Shown: positions 13,119 through 23,570 of the stretch, one piece after another | How the letters are laid out: each line of letters begins with the position of its first letter | Position numbering within the stretch: position 1 is the first letter of the stretch | NCBI GenBank assembly: GCA_012225525.1 | Contig: GCA_012225525.1_3923.1 | Length of the DNA stretch: 64,000 nt | Reading direction: 5' to 3' (one strand) | From: a phage | Position numbers and translations under genes: made by a program | The notes under the pieces: generated by a model | Told to the model about the DNA's origin: nothing | The model's input: the letters and a program-made list of their open reading frames with translations, nothing else | Database searches by the model: none

Positions 13119-13417
13119 GCAGATTTTTTATAAGGCTACTGCCATCCTTCCATACATCACCTTACCTTACCTCACCTGACCTGACCTGACCCTACCTAAC
13201 ATTACCGTGCCACACCTCACTTAAAAACCCTCTTAAAAGACTCTTAAGTGATGTAATCGAATTTTAATGTAGCTCCGATTAACTACCCATACCTTACTCC
13301 GCCTCACCTTACCTAACCGTACCGTACCATACCTGACATAACCGTGCCTTACCTTATTAAAAGACCCTCTTTAAAGACCTTTTAAAAAGGAGCCTCCGAA
13401 GAGGCTACCTAGTCAAC
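13119..13417. repeat. composite intergenic repeat element, copy 1 (hairpin, CA-rich ACCTNACC tract, motif B, hairpin, CA-rich tract, motif A, terminator hairpin)
   Basis: GGCAG...CTGCC hairpin at 13119-13146; CCTTACC/CCTGACC tracts; TTAAAAACCCTCTTAAAAGACTCTTAAGTGATGT; hairpin with loop ATTTTAATGTAGCT; TTATTAAAAGACCCTCTTTAAAGACCTTTTAAAAAGG; near-identical modules at 14525-14821. Confidence 0.75.
13381..13406 (-). terminator. putative intrinsic terminator (minus strand)
   Basis: AGCCTC-cgaa-GAGGCT hairpin with T-run on the minus strand. Confidence 0.45.
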
Positions 13418-13858
13418 TTAGAAAGGTTTTCTGCGTTGCTTGTTAATATTAGCTTTCATAGCAGCTAAGTGATTTTGCTGTTCAATCAGTCGTGAACGTT
13501 CTTGATGACTAAGTGCCATAGTGTTCACATTCTCAATCGCTTGAGTGGCTTGCTTTAAAGCACGACCAATCTTACCAGACATTTTGCGTTTTGCAATAGT
13601 TGCTTGATGCTTAGGTTCAACCACACGATAACCAACACCCATTGAAGCAACCAGATAAATCTTCTCTTCTTTAAGAAGTTTTTCAATAAACTTTTCAAGT
13701 CGGTTTAGACGTGTAAGCGCATAAGCCTTCATTTCATCTTCGTACTTAACAATGTCACCTTGATAAGTTGGCTTCACAATACCTAAGAAGGTGTCCATCT
13801 CAGAATGTGATACAGTGTCACCGTAACTAAACTTTGCTGCTAATGCTTTTGTATTCAT
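13418..13858 (-). CDS. hypothetical protein (repeat-flanked cassette)
   Basis: 146 aa ORF. Confidence 0.45.
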   Translation of the reverse strand: MNTKALAAKFSYGDTVSHSEMDTFLGIVKPTYQGDIVKYEDEMKAYALTRLNRLEKFIEKLLKEEKIYLVASMGVGYRVVEPKHQATIAKRKMSGKIGRALKQATQAIENVNTMALSHQERSRLIEQQNHLAAMKANINKQRRKPF

Positions 13859-13860
13859 AA

Positions 13861-14466
<606 letters not shown>

Positions 14467-14524
14467 TTAGTTGATTGTTAAGTTGTTTGTAAAGAACCCT
14501 CAACAGAAGACTCTTTAGAAACTT

Positions 14525-14821
14525 GGTAGATTTTTAACGTGGCTACTACCATCCACCCATACCTCACCTCACTTAACCTCACCCTACCACACCAGACATC
14601 ACCTTACCATACAGCACCTTATTAAAAGACCCTCTTAAAGACCTTTTAAAAAGGTAAGTCTCATTTTAATGTAGCTGAGACTAACTACCCGCACTTTACC
14701 GCACCGGACCTTACCGGACCGCACATCACCGCACTAAACCAGACATCACATTACCTGACCACACCAAACCAAACATCACATTACTTAAAAACCCTCTTAG
14801 AAGACTCTTAAGTGATGTTGG
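14525..14821. repeat. composite intergenic repeat element, copy 2 (same modules as copy 1, motif A and B in swapped order)
   Basis: GGTAG...CTACC hairpin; CA-rich tracts; motif A at 14610-14653; AGTCTCA-ttttaatgtagc-TGAGACT hairpin; motif B at 14786-14819. Confidence 0.75.
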
Positions 14822-15031
14822 TGAGTACCCGTTGGTTTATGCTGCTCAGTATACTCACCAAATTTTCTATGTCAACAACTTTTATAAAAAAGTTCTGATA
14901 GCTATATGCGTCACGAAACAAAAGATTGTAAACAAGACACCCATTGCAAAAGATGTGTCCAAAAGCTTACTTGCAACGTATGACAATACAAAGACAACCA
15001 GTATAAACAAAATGACTGTACTGAACATAGT

Positions 15032-16168
15032 TTACTCATAATCCCTAATAACTAGCCCAACAGGAAACTGTAAAGAACCCTTACGAGTCATCTTCTGGAA
15101 CTGAACCGTTAAAGGTTTCCCGATAAACTCTTCAGGATGTTCAGCAAGATACTGTTTCTTCTCGTGTGTAGTTTTCCATGAAACATCTACAAAGACGTTA
15201 GGAAGAGTCTCTACAACGAACTTACCATGACCACGCTTATCAGTCTTTACACCAGTCACTTTAAACTCTTCAGTGTGCATCTTCTTGTGCTTAATCAAGA
15301 AGTATGAACGGTGACAACACTCATAGAAGGAGTCTTCAGAGATTGAACGGTACATTGCACCTTCAAACTTAGCTTCAACCCACTTATCATGAGCTTCATC
15401 AAACTCTTCCCAAGAATTTACACGACGAGACTTAACAGGAACAACTTTACAGCCGTCTCTAAAGTCATTCAATGGTGAAGTCTCAATAATATCTCTACGC
15501 TCAGGCCACGTCTTAGTGCTGTCACAGATATCGTACCAGTAGAACTGGAGTAGATGTCGGTCTGGATTGTCAGCATTCTTAATCATAGACACAATATCTT
15601 CTAAGTCCCAACCATGAGCATAAATCTCACCATCAAAGTCTTCGACTTGTGGATGCAATTTAAGCAACAAAAGCAAATCTGGGATTAGTTCTTCTGGGAC
15701 GTTGTAAACAGTATTCTCACGAGAATAAGCCGTGAAGCTAACTAAATCAGCATCTCTTGAAATTCTACAACGAACACCATCAAGTTTTGGTTGAGCATCA
15801 GCAGGGAATATCAAATACTTTGCATGGCTAACCTTTGCAGCATCATGAGCAAGCTGTACACCCACCTTTTCAGTATTCTGTGCAGACTCTTTTGTGTAAG
15901 CATAACCTTTGCGGTCAACTTGCTTCTTGTACTTAGCAGTAACTTCAAAGAGAGCTTGCTGTTCAGCGTTACGCTCATTCTTTTTACCGATGTTTTTAGG
16001 TTCTGCTGTATACTCTTCAAACATCATCTTGCCATTTTCTTTACCGTAGGTTGTAATAACTTTGTCACCTACAGCAACGCATGACCAGACGTTGAATGAG
16101 CCGTCTTTATTTTGTTTGTACAGTATTGTCATTTTATTCCTCTGAATGATACCAAGTGTTGCAAGCAT
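15032..16168 (-). CDS. ATP-dependent DNA ligase
   Basis: 378 aa; adenylation motif I KLDGVR (PKLDGVRCRI) and phage-ligase size. Confidence 0.8.
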   Translation of the reverse strand: MLATLGIIQRNKMTILYKQNKDGSFNVWSCVAVGDKVITTYGKENGKMMFEEYTAEPKNIGKKNERNAEQQALFEVTAKYKKQVDRKGYAYTKESAQNTEKVGVQLAHDAAKVSHAKYLIFPADAQPKLDGVRCRISRDADLVSFTAYSRENTVYNVPEELIPDLLLLLKLHPQVEDFDGEIYAHGWDLEDIVSMIKNADNPDRHLLQFYWYDICDSTKTWPERRDIIETSPLNDFRDGCKVVPVKSRRVNSWEEFDEAHDKWVEAKFEGAMYRSISEDSFYECCHRSYFLIKHKKMHTEEFKVTGVKTDKRGHGKFVVETLPNVFVDVSWKTTHEKKQYLAEHPEEFIGKPLTVQFQKMTRKGSLQFPVGLVIRDYE

Positions 16169-16325
16169 TACATGCGTAAAGCTCTAAGTCATTTTTATCT
16201 GGTTTATGAAAACAGTTCGCTCCGCAGTGGCAACGAAACGGCTTTCCACCAACTGTCAGGATGAAGGATTGAACCTTTCCATCAGGAGTTCGTACAGCAT
16301 TTTTATGCTTATCTTCTTTGTTCAT
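16134..16325 (-). CDS. small zinc-finger protein
   Basis: 63 aa with CHC...C and CNAC cysteine/histidine clusters. Confidence 0.35.
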   Translation of the reverse strand: MNKEDKHKNAVRTPDGKVQSFILTVGGKPFRCHCGANCFHKPDKNDLELYACNACNTWYHSEE

Positions 16326-16480
16326 TTATCTCTTGCCTTTGTCAGATTTCATATATGACATGTTACTACGCCTTTTAATGAAATGCACAACGCATTTTGG
16401 TGTATCTTTTGCATCTTTGATGTGCAACCTTTCGAAACTGCGCACTGTGAAGGTTGCATCTGTCATTGTTTGCTTAGGTT

Positions 16481-16786
16481 TCATTTTCTCTTACCACCAA
16501 TCTCTACGTCGATAACTTGAACATCACCAGCAACATCAAACTTATGAATGATACTTTCCACAGTGTAAGTCCAACCCTCAATGCGAACCAATTCACCTTC
16601 TCGTGGGACGATTGGGTTACGTTGAGCTACGGTTGTAGTGGAGTGAACAACATCATAACAATAGATATAGTTTACTAGGACTTCCATCGTGAAAACCTCA
16701 CTCAATAACCGTAGTGTGTGATTGACCATTTTTTCCATAACTATAAGATGTTGTCGTTTGAGAGTTTGGACATCTGACAACAACAA
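16481..16786 (-). CDS. hypothetical protein
   Basis: 101 aa ORF; true start probably an internal Met, since the 5' end overlaps the lipoprotein gene. Confidence 0.3.
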   Translation of the reverse strand: MLLSDVQTLKRQHLIVMEKMVNHTLRLLSEVFTMEVLVNYIYCYDVVHSTTTVAQRNPIVPREGELVRIEGWTYTVESIIHKFDVAGDVQVIDVEIGGKRK

Positions 16787-16955
16787 TGTCTCTACTTATG
16801 GCATCACCATTGAGTTTGTAGATTTTGCAGTCTTGCATCTCTGGAGGGAGGCTGTAAGAAGCATCTTTGTTTTCATAAGATGGGTTGCAGCCAGCCAGAA
16901 AAATTACTCCAAGTGCAACCATTGCTTTCACACAACTCTTAACCTTATTGTTCAC
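16698..16955 (-). CDS. putative lipoprotein
   Basis: Lipobox: basic N-terminus, hydrophobic stretch, then FLAGC (MNNKVKSCVKAMVALGVIFLAGCNPS). Confidence 0.5.
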   Translation of the reverse strand: MNNKVKSCVKAMVALGVIFLAGCNPSYENKDASYSLPPEMQDCKIYKLNGDAISRDIVVVRCPNSQTTTSYSYGKNGQSHTTVIE

Positions 16956-17087
16956 GATAGTCTACCTCTCTGTATGTTTTTAAATAGTGAGTGATGAGTT
17001 CTGGTAATTCACTACGTTTAACGTTTGAACGAAGAAGTGTCCAGTCAAAACCTTTACCAACCCTTCCCCAGAGACTGTACATTTTCT

Positions 17088-17321
17088 TCATAGCAACTCC
17101 AGAATATCAATACGTTCACCTTTGAGTACTCCAGTACGGTCTTTTGCAATCTTACCGTCAACGATAAGGATGTGTGTAGACCTTAAAGCGTCGTTGTTAA
17201 AGGTTTTTACGAACTTGCTAGGCATGACTACAATGGACATCTCCTGAATTAACTCTGGAGTGTAGCAGTTATCATGAAGTTGCTGAATAACGTCTGCAAG
17301 TGTCATTTTTGATGTCTCCAA
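17088..17321 (-). CDS. hypothetical protein
   Basis: 77 aa ORF. Confidence 0.35.
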   Translation of the reverse strand: METSKMTLADVIQQLHDNCYTPELIQEMSIVVMPSKFVKTFNNDALRSTHILIVDGKIAKDRTGVLKGERIDILELL

Positions 17322-17512
17322 TATTCAATATCTACAAGTTCTTGTGTAATACTTTTAAGGTTACTTTTAAGGAAAACTTTCTCACCACCAGACAGGGAAG
17401 TGTTATCAATGAGTCTATTCATTTTCTCAAACAACTTCTGTTTACGGTTCTTGATAGTCTCCTTTGAAGCACCTTTCATCATCGCTGCATGGGTTCTTCC
17501 ACGGTGGCTCAT
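17303..17512 (-). CDS. hypothetical basic protein
   Basis: 69 aa ORF. Confidence 0.35.
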   Translation of the reverse strand: MSHRGRTHAAMMKGASKETIKNRKQKLFEKMNRLIDNTSLSGGEKVFLKSNLKSITQELVDIEYWRHQK

Positions 17513-17573
17513 AAGCCCTCCTATATAAGATATAGTATAAGGTACTCTTCCATGAGCACCTTGTCAATACTAA

Positions 17574-18130
17574 TTAGTGTACTTCAAGCCAATTCTTACC
17601 AACTTTACCAGTACCAGTTACAAGCGTTTCCTCCTTAAGCCCTAAGTTTCTTGATGCCTGACCATACATCCAGTCAATCACTGCTTTAACATCCTGTGTC
17701 ATCTCTTCTGGGCACTCCCAACTATTCTCATCGTGGTATGCCAAAAGCAATCTAGCACCAATAGCTGGTTTTCGACCATTCAGTTTTGTAAGACCTTCTT
17801 CACAAGTCCTTCTACAAGCAAGGTTGATGGCTTCATTCTGAACCTGACTTTCCGAACCCATGAGCAGATAATTCAATAGTTTGTGTGGAGATTTACACCA
17901 CAACCATGCACCAGCAACCTTTACAAAACCACCTTTAGATATTGCAGCAGTCTTACCAAATACCTCTTCAAGAGCCTTCTTAGTGGCTTTGAAGTCTGCT
18001 TCTAAATTATCTATCAACTTCTTAATTTTAGGGAGGCGTACAAAGTATGTTTGCTTAGTTAAAGCACCCTCCTCAGTTGTAGATGCTTTAATCGTCTTAG
18101 CAAATTTCTCATCGCCAGCCCCGAACAATA
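17574..18130 (-). CDS. DNA polymerase I family (T7 gp5-like), C-terminal exon
   Basis: Begins (L)FGAGDEKFAKT, matching T7 motif B tail YGAGDEKIG; contains motif C LLAYHDEN (T7 WVHDEI) and C-terminal GKNWLEVH (T7 GPNWAICH); first codon is TTG, not ATG. Confidence 0.75.
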
Positions 18131-18932
18131 CATCTGGTCAATACACTCGCAAGGTGTACCAGTTCTCTTATGAACTTCTCCGCATTTCCACGGAGTGTCG
18201 GACTATATCACGTAGCAGTGGTGCTACCGTTGCACTTGGGGATGGTCATTAGCTTACCACCCTACTCTACTCAGTTCATACGTTAAGTATGCTTTTCGAT
18301 AGTCTCTGAACGTTTCTCTGTTAGGAATCTCTATAGTTATGTTATTTACTTAGGTAGTCAATTGCTCTTTGCATATTATCAACACTATCTGCAAGCAACC
18401 CCAAAGCTCTGTTGCAATTGTGGCATAACATACCTCTTACCTTTCCGGTTTTGTGGTCATGGTCAACAACAAGTTTAGCCTTGTGTCGTGAACCATCCAT
18501 GATAAAACCTTCACCACCACAAATTTGACATTTGTAATCACAGTTGCGGAGTAGAGTTTCGACCTCTTCTCTTTCCAAGCCATATGTTCTTAGGTAGTAA
18601 TTCTTAACTCTACCTTTCTCACCGCAATGTGATGAACAATAAACTTGCCTTGCTGTTCTTGGCATGAACACCTTTTCACAGCTAGGGCATTTCTTAGTAA
18701 GAACCCTGTGTTCTGCCCTTCTGTCAAATTTTAATACACAACTTCTGCACCGTTTTTGATTGTATTGGTACGGTTTAAACTCCGTGCCACACTCAGTGCA
18801 TAATCTCTCTTCGTAACCTGCCATTGTCTCTCTCCTTTGTTTTAGGAGTCCTAACAGAGACTTCGCTGCTGATTACCATATCTTTACAGACTTAGGCTTC
18901 CAGCAATTCACAACGTTTTACATGCGCCACTG
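18131..18932 (-). mobile_element. putative group I intron (or intervening homing element) inside the DNA polymerase gene
   Basis: 802 nt separating two halves of polymerase motif B; contains a free-standing HNH ORF with its own RBS; upstream exon frame hits a stop 13 codons after the junction; predicted 5' exon ends in U and insert ends in G. Confidence 0.55.
18342..18824 (-). CDS. HNH homing endonuclease
   Basis: 160 aa; multiple CxxC zinc-ribbon pairs and HNH core VVDHDHKTGKVRGMLCHNCN; RBS AAGGAG upstream. Confidence 0.8.
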   Translation of the reverse strand: MAGYEERLCTECGTEFKPYQYNQKRCRSCVLKFDRRAEHRVLTKKCPSCEKVFMPRTARQVYCSSHCGEKGRVKNYYLRTYGLEREEVETLLRNCDYKCQICGGEGFIMDGSRHKAKLVVDHDHKTGKVRGMLCHNCNRALGLLADSVDNMQRAIDYLSK

Positions 18933-21075
18933 ACGCATAAATACCATTCTTGGCTTTCTTACGACCCTTACTAATTTCTTGAAGAAGGCTTGTATCCTGA
19001 GTAGCTCTACAAGTCAAGATATCTTCCTCTTTATTAAGGCTGAAGTAGATACTATTTAAAGTATGTGCATCAGTTCCTGAGTACACCACGTACAAGTCAT
19101 TTTCCGAATCATAATGCAAATACTTGTCAATCTCTGGGTTTAGATACTGGTCAAAATGTTTGCAATAGTATCTACCATCCTCTTGTTTGACAAACTCAAC
19201 CTCTTCTTTGCCCTCTGTAACTGCTTTGGTGAACTCTTTATCACCCATAAAGTTACACAGTAGTACAAGTTGCGCGCTATTCATATCTGCTGAAACAATA
19301 TTAGTTCCTTCTTCACAAGTCCACACTTCCCTCATAGGTGCTCCATAGACAGCAGCACCAGACGGTACGTTTACAATACCATACTGTGTCATACGTCCAG
19401 TTGAAGTACCAAATACCATTGCACCAGCACTAAGGCGACCATCTGGACGAATCTGGTTTAGCCAACCTTTCTCATCATCCTTTGAGTTCTCAATAGTTCT
19501 GCGTCTGTGCATCAAAGTATAGTACTTAGCAATCTTCTGTCCAAGCTCACCTTCAATCGTATCATAAGATGATTCCGTAAGTTTTGGTGAAGTACGGATT
19601 AAGCAAGGTTCAAGCAAATCTGTGTACTTCTTCACAGACCAGTTATGTTCAATGTACTGGACACCTTCATGTTCAACATAACTCAAACCACACCGTTCAA
19701 CCATCTCCTGCCACTTAGGATGTTTTGTAATCATCTTTTTGTTGTCTTTGAAACGACAAACTTTGACAGGGCGACCATCTGAGTCTTTCTTGTAGTTCCA
19801 GTCATCTGGAATCCAACCAACTGATTTCAAGTAGTCTTTAACAACTGCTACCTGAGTCATACGAGAAACTTCAAACTCAATTGGTGTATATGGTGCATCA
19901 ATCAATCCTGTGTAGCGACTTGACTCCAGTTCAAAGTGGTTAACAACATGGCTGTTATAGTACTTCACAGTCTTAACAGTTTTTACTGGCTTCCAGTCTT
20001 TGCACTTCTTACCAATCTTTGCGTTCAACTCATTGCAAATTGCACGAGCATCCTTCATTGCTACAAAACCTTCCTTGTACTCTTCACCAGTTACAGAGTT
20101 GGTTGGTGTATAGCAATTTCTCTTTTCAATGTTAAAAATCTTTGTAGTTGGCTTACCAAATGGTTTGATTTCGTATGTCTGCATCTCACCGTTACGTACC
20201 TGCTGACGGTACTTCGTCTTAGGGTACTTGGTAATTCTCTTCAGTCCATCTGCATGACCGAATGTTTCAACATACTCATTCCAAGCTTTTGCAAACTCTT
20301 CTCCAGTGACTTTACCTTTGGTCTTAATAGTTGGAGGTAGATGTGGTTCAACCTCTGAAGCAAGCTCATTAGTCAACTTGTCAAGTTCCTTTACATGGAA
20401 CTCCATAAGCTCTTTATCAGCTTTCCAACCATTGATAGCTTGTTGACTCATCCAGAAAGATGTTTCTTTAGCTCGCATATAGGTTTCATAAGTGTCTATG
20501 CCACACTTCTTAAGCTTGAGATACTCATTATCAAGTGCTCGTTTAGTTTTGGCGTTAATACGAATATCTTCTACAACACGGGTGAAGATTTCTGCATTCC
20601 ACACACCCCAATGCTCAATCTCTGGCTTACGAACACCGACACGAGCACCCCATGCAGCCAAACCATGAGCACCTTTATAACCCTTTGGAGTTGGTCTATC
20701 CATCCACTGAACACGAGACTGGATAAGAGAATCCTGAAAGAAATTACTCCACGGCTTACATTTTGGATTATCAAAGTTCCATAAATCCGGTGCAATGTGA
20801 TTGAAGACCCACCAGTCATAACCGAGGCCGTTATGGATACAAAGTCGTTTTGCCTTTAACGCAAACTCAACACCTTCACGTAAACCACCCTTAATGTACT
20901 TAGTGTACTTGTGACCGAGGATAGGCTCATCTGTAAAGACCCATACAGGTGGCTCTTCATCGTCAGATTTATAATCTGCGAAAGCCATTACGTGAACTTT
21001 AGTGAACTCAAGGAGTAAACCATCAGTTTCTGTATCACCAACTAAATGTAAGTTTTTAAAATCTACGTTTTCCAT
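18892..21075 (-). CDS. DNA polymerase I family (T7 gp5-like), N-terminal exon: 3'-5' exonuclease plus start of polymerase domain
   Basis: Exo I motif LVGDTETDGL; ends with RKKAKNGIYA (T7 RDNAKTFIYG, motif B); likely start is the Met of MENVDF, preceded by AGGGAG RBS; coordinates run to the in-frame stop, predicted splice donor near 18933. Confidence 0.8.
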   Translation of the reverse strand: MENVDFKNLHLVGDTETDGLLLEFTKVHVMAFADYKSDDEEPPVWVFTDEPILGHKYTKYIKGGLREGVEFALKAKRLCIHNGLGYDWWVFNHIAPDLWNFDNPKCKPWSNFFQDSLIQSRVQWMDRPTPKGYKGAHGLAAWGARVGVRKPEIEHWGVWNAEIFTRVVEDIRINAKTKRALDNEYLKLKKCGIDTYETYMRAKETSFWMSQQAINGWKADKELMEFHVKELDKLTNELASEVEPHLPPTIKTKGKVTGEEFAKAWNEYVETFGHADGLKRITKYPKTKYRQQVRNGEMQTYEIKPFGKPTTKIFNIEKRNCYTPTNSVTGEEYKEGFVAMKDARAICNELNAKIGKKCKDWKPVKTVKTVKYYNSHVVNHFELESSRYTGLIDAPYTPIEFEVSRMTQVAVVKDYLKSVGWIPDDWNYKKDSDGRPVKVCRFKDNKKMITKHPKWQEMVERCGLSYVEHEGVQYIEHNWSVKKYTDLLEPCLIRTSPKLTESSYDTIEGELGQKIAKYYTLMHRRRTIENSKDDEKGWLNQIRPDGRLSAGAMVFGTSTGRMTQYGIVNVPSGAAVYGAPMREVWTCEEGTNIVSADMNSAQLVLLCNFMGDKEFTKAVTEGKEEVEFVKQEDGRYYCKHFDQYLNPEIDKYLHYDSENDLYVVYSGTDAHTLNSIYFSLNKEEDILTCRATQDTSLLQEISKGRKKAKNGIYASVAHVKRCELLEA

Positions 21076-21331
21076 TTTTACTCCCTCTAAAATCATTAAC
21101 CTCATACATTACTGCAAAAAATTATAAAAAGCAAGTTGACAATGTACTTGACAAGGTGTTAATCTTTGCGAAGTGGGTTTTACTTAAAAGGTTACTTAAC
21201 AGTTTAACTATACAGATACTTTAAAACTCTTAAAAGATTATTTAATAGCTTTTAAAAAGCTTTAAAGTATAACGTATAGAATACGTTAAGATAAAAGATT
21301 AAAACTTAATAGTTACTTAAAAGAGGCTTAC

Positions 21332-21754
21332 ATGCAGAAAATGTTTGTTCACCCAGACATAGCTGACTTTGTTAGAGCTTTGCAGAAGTTGGAAGAACTT
21401 GACATTGCTGCTCAACGGGAATATGCTCACCATCACAGGAGAATGGTTGATATACAACATGAAATAGAGTTATCAGAAGACTATGAAGATGACTTAAAAT
21501 GCTCTGTGTTCGAGCATATGAAAGACGTTGCTATAGCTAGACGTAAAGCTAAAGACACAGTTGCTTTACTAGATTCTCTTAAAAAGAGGTTGCAAAGTGG
21601 TACAGACCTGTGTAATCTAGCGTCACTGATTAACGATGTTGAAACTTCTTGGGATAGGCACTATTATCCACGTTCTGAAAAGACACTTGACTTTTCTTCA
21701 TCCGAAAACTTAAAATGTTCTAGAAAGAAACTTAACCAACTGAGAGAGAAATAA
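21332..21754 (+). CDS. hypothetical protein
   Basis: 140 aa ORF, first plus-strand gene after the divergent intergenic region. Confidence 0.45.
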   Translation: MQKMFVHPDIADFVRALQKLEELDIAAQREYAHHHRRMVDIQHEIELSEDYEDDLKCSVFEHMKDVAIARRKAKDTVALLDSLKKRLQSGTDLCNLASLINDVETSWDRHYYPRSEKTLDFSSSENLKCSRKKLNQLREK

Positions 21755-21755
21755 T

Positions 21756-22556
21756 ATGAATATCGATGTAGAAAAGATGCTTGAAGAAAAAGGTATTGAC
21801 GAAGCATTTTTAATCAATGCCGTAGAAAGCATGGCTATGATTCTTCGTGGTAATAACTACACAGAACAGTTTATGCCTGCAAGCTATAACCTACCTAAAG
21901 ACAAGTCTGATAACGGTGCTTTTGCAGAACAGGTTAATATGATGTTGACAGACACTACACTTGCTCTGGCATCTATTGCAGTTGGTGTTGATGCACTTGC
22001 TGAGTTCATTTTTTATGAAATGCAAAAGAATGACTATATCAGAATGTCAGATGAAGATAAGGAACTGTTGCTGACTAAGGACACTGATTTCATTATTGAT
22101 ACGCTTATCTCATCAACGAGTGCTGTTATGGCTGTTCTTGAGAAGCGCATGGAAGAGAAACTTTCACGATATGAAAAACTTGATTGGGGCGTAGAAGAGT
22201 TAAGCCCACGAATCAAAGAAATTATCCAGCAAACTAAAGAGTCTTTGGAAGAAGCTGTTGAAAATGACTCTGTAGCTGATATAGAACCTCTTCAGGTGAA
22301 AGTTGCACTGATGATTCCAGCTATCTCTACGATGATGAATATCGTTGCACTAATCCAACTTTCACAGATGATGGGTGTAAGTATTGAGTTCATTGAAGAG
22401 ATGACTGGTGGCGTTAGTATGCAAGCAATCAATGATGTTTTGGTGAACATCGGTGCTTCAATCATTGAAGAGAAACTACGCATTAACTTCGGTGATGATT
22501 TTGTGAAGCAAATCTCAGCTATGGCTGAAAAAGAGTCTGCTGAGCAACTGCACTAA
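21756..22556 (+). CDS. hypothetical acidic protein
   Basis: 266 aa ORF. Confidence 0.45.
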   Translation: MNIDVEKMLEEKGIDEAFLINAVESMAMILRGNNYTEQFMPASYNLPKDKSDNGAFAEQVNMMLTDTTLALASIAVGVDALAEFIFYEMQKNDYIRMSDEDKELLLTKDTDFIIDTLISSTSAVMAVLEKRMEEKLSRYEKLDWGVEELSPRIKEIIQQTKESLEEAVENDSVADIEPLQVKVALMIPAISTMMNIVALIQLSQMMGVSIEFIEEMTGGVSMQAINDVLVNIGASIIEEKLRINFGDDFVKQISAMAEKESAEQLH

Positions 22557-22573
22557 GTCTTTATAAATCTTAC

Positions 22574-22600
22574 AAGCCTCCTTAGTTGGGGGCTTTTTAG
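22574..22600 (+). terminator. putative intrinsic terminator
   Basis: AAGCCTCC...GGGGGCTT imperfect hairpin followed by TTTTT. Confidence 0.45.
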
Positions 22601-22617
22601 TAATTAATGGAGATAAA

Positions 22618-23361
22618 ATGAGTAATATTATCGCCTTTACTGGAAAGGCACGTTCTGGAAAAGACACCTCATGTTCTATTGTGAAGAACATTTTAGAGGA
22701 TGAGTATGGCTACAATGTTGAAGTAATGGCCTTTGCAGACAACCTTAAACTATCTGCATCAAAGATATTTGACTTGACTTGGAATGACCTGTACGGTGAA
22801 ACTAAAGAGACTCCACAGGTTTTTGACTTATCATATCCTGAACTGATGTTTAAAGTTACGGAAGCTATGGAGTTCACCTTCAGAGATGAACGTTACCATA
22901 TGGACTTCAAGCTTATGTCAGAGTTAACCGGACGATTAATCATGGAGCTTAAGAAGGTTGCTAAACCTACCCTATTAACACGTCTGGGATTTAGTAAAAA
23001 GTATAAATTCTCATCAAGACAAATTCAACAGATTTGGGGTACTGAAGTTGTCCGTAAAGTAATGGGCGACAAGTTCTGGTCTAAAGACCTTGAAAAAAGA
23101 ATGGTTAGATTCCATGAAATGTGCTCACTTAGAAATCAATATGGTTTTGTCTTAATCAGTGATTTAAGATTTGACTCTGAAGCTGAATGGCTGAGTAGAT
23201 TTGCACACCAAACTATTGAAGTAAAAAGAGACAATGTGGACAAAGTTTCATCACATGTTTCAGAAAATGGGATTTCTACAAAATATGAGCGTGACATTAT
23301 TCATAATAATGGTACTCTTGCAGACCTTGAGAACAAGCTAAGAGCCATCATTAAAGTTTAA
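22618..23361 (+). CDS. deoxynucleoside monophosphate kinase (T4 gp1-like)
   Basis: N-terminal P-loop IIAFTGKARSGKDT matches T4 gp1 LIFLSGVKRSGKDT as recalled from memory; size 247 aa. Confidence 0.65.
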   Translation: MSNIIAFTGKARSGKDTSCSIVKNILEDEYGYNVEVMAFADNLKLSASKIFDLTWNDLYGETKETPQVFDLSYPELMFKVTEAMEFTFRDERYHMDFKLMSELTGRLIMELKKVAKPTLLTRLGFSKKYKFSSRQIQQIWGTEVVRKVMGDKFWSKDLEKRMVRFHEMCSLRNQYGFVLISDLRFDSEAEWLSRFAHQTIEVKRDNVDKVSSHVSENGISTKYERDIIHNNGTLADLENKLRAIIKV

Positions 23362-23369
23362 AAGAGAGA

Positions 23370-23570
23370 ATGAAGATGAGAGTAAAAGACAATTTTAAAG
23401 TTATTGACCACCGTTTAGTGGAACTCTCATCTCTTTCCAATGAGGTAATGATTGAACGTCTTAAGAGAGTTGAATCACGAAGGAAAGAGATTGCAGATGA
23501 AATTCATGAACTGGACAAGATTGAAAATGGATTGAAGGCAGAACTACAACGAAGAGGCGCTAATGTCTAA
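23370..23570 (+). CDS. small coiled-coil protein
   Basis: 66 aa ORF. Confidence 0.35.
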   Translation: MKMRVKDNFKVIDHRLVELSSLSNEVMIERLKRVESRRKEIADEIHELDKIENGLKAELQRRGANV

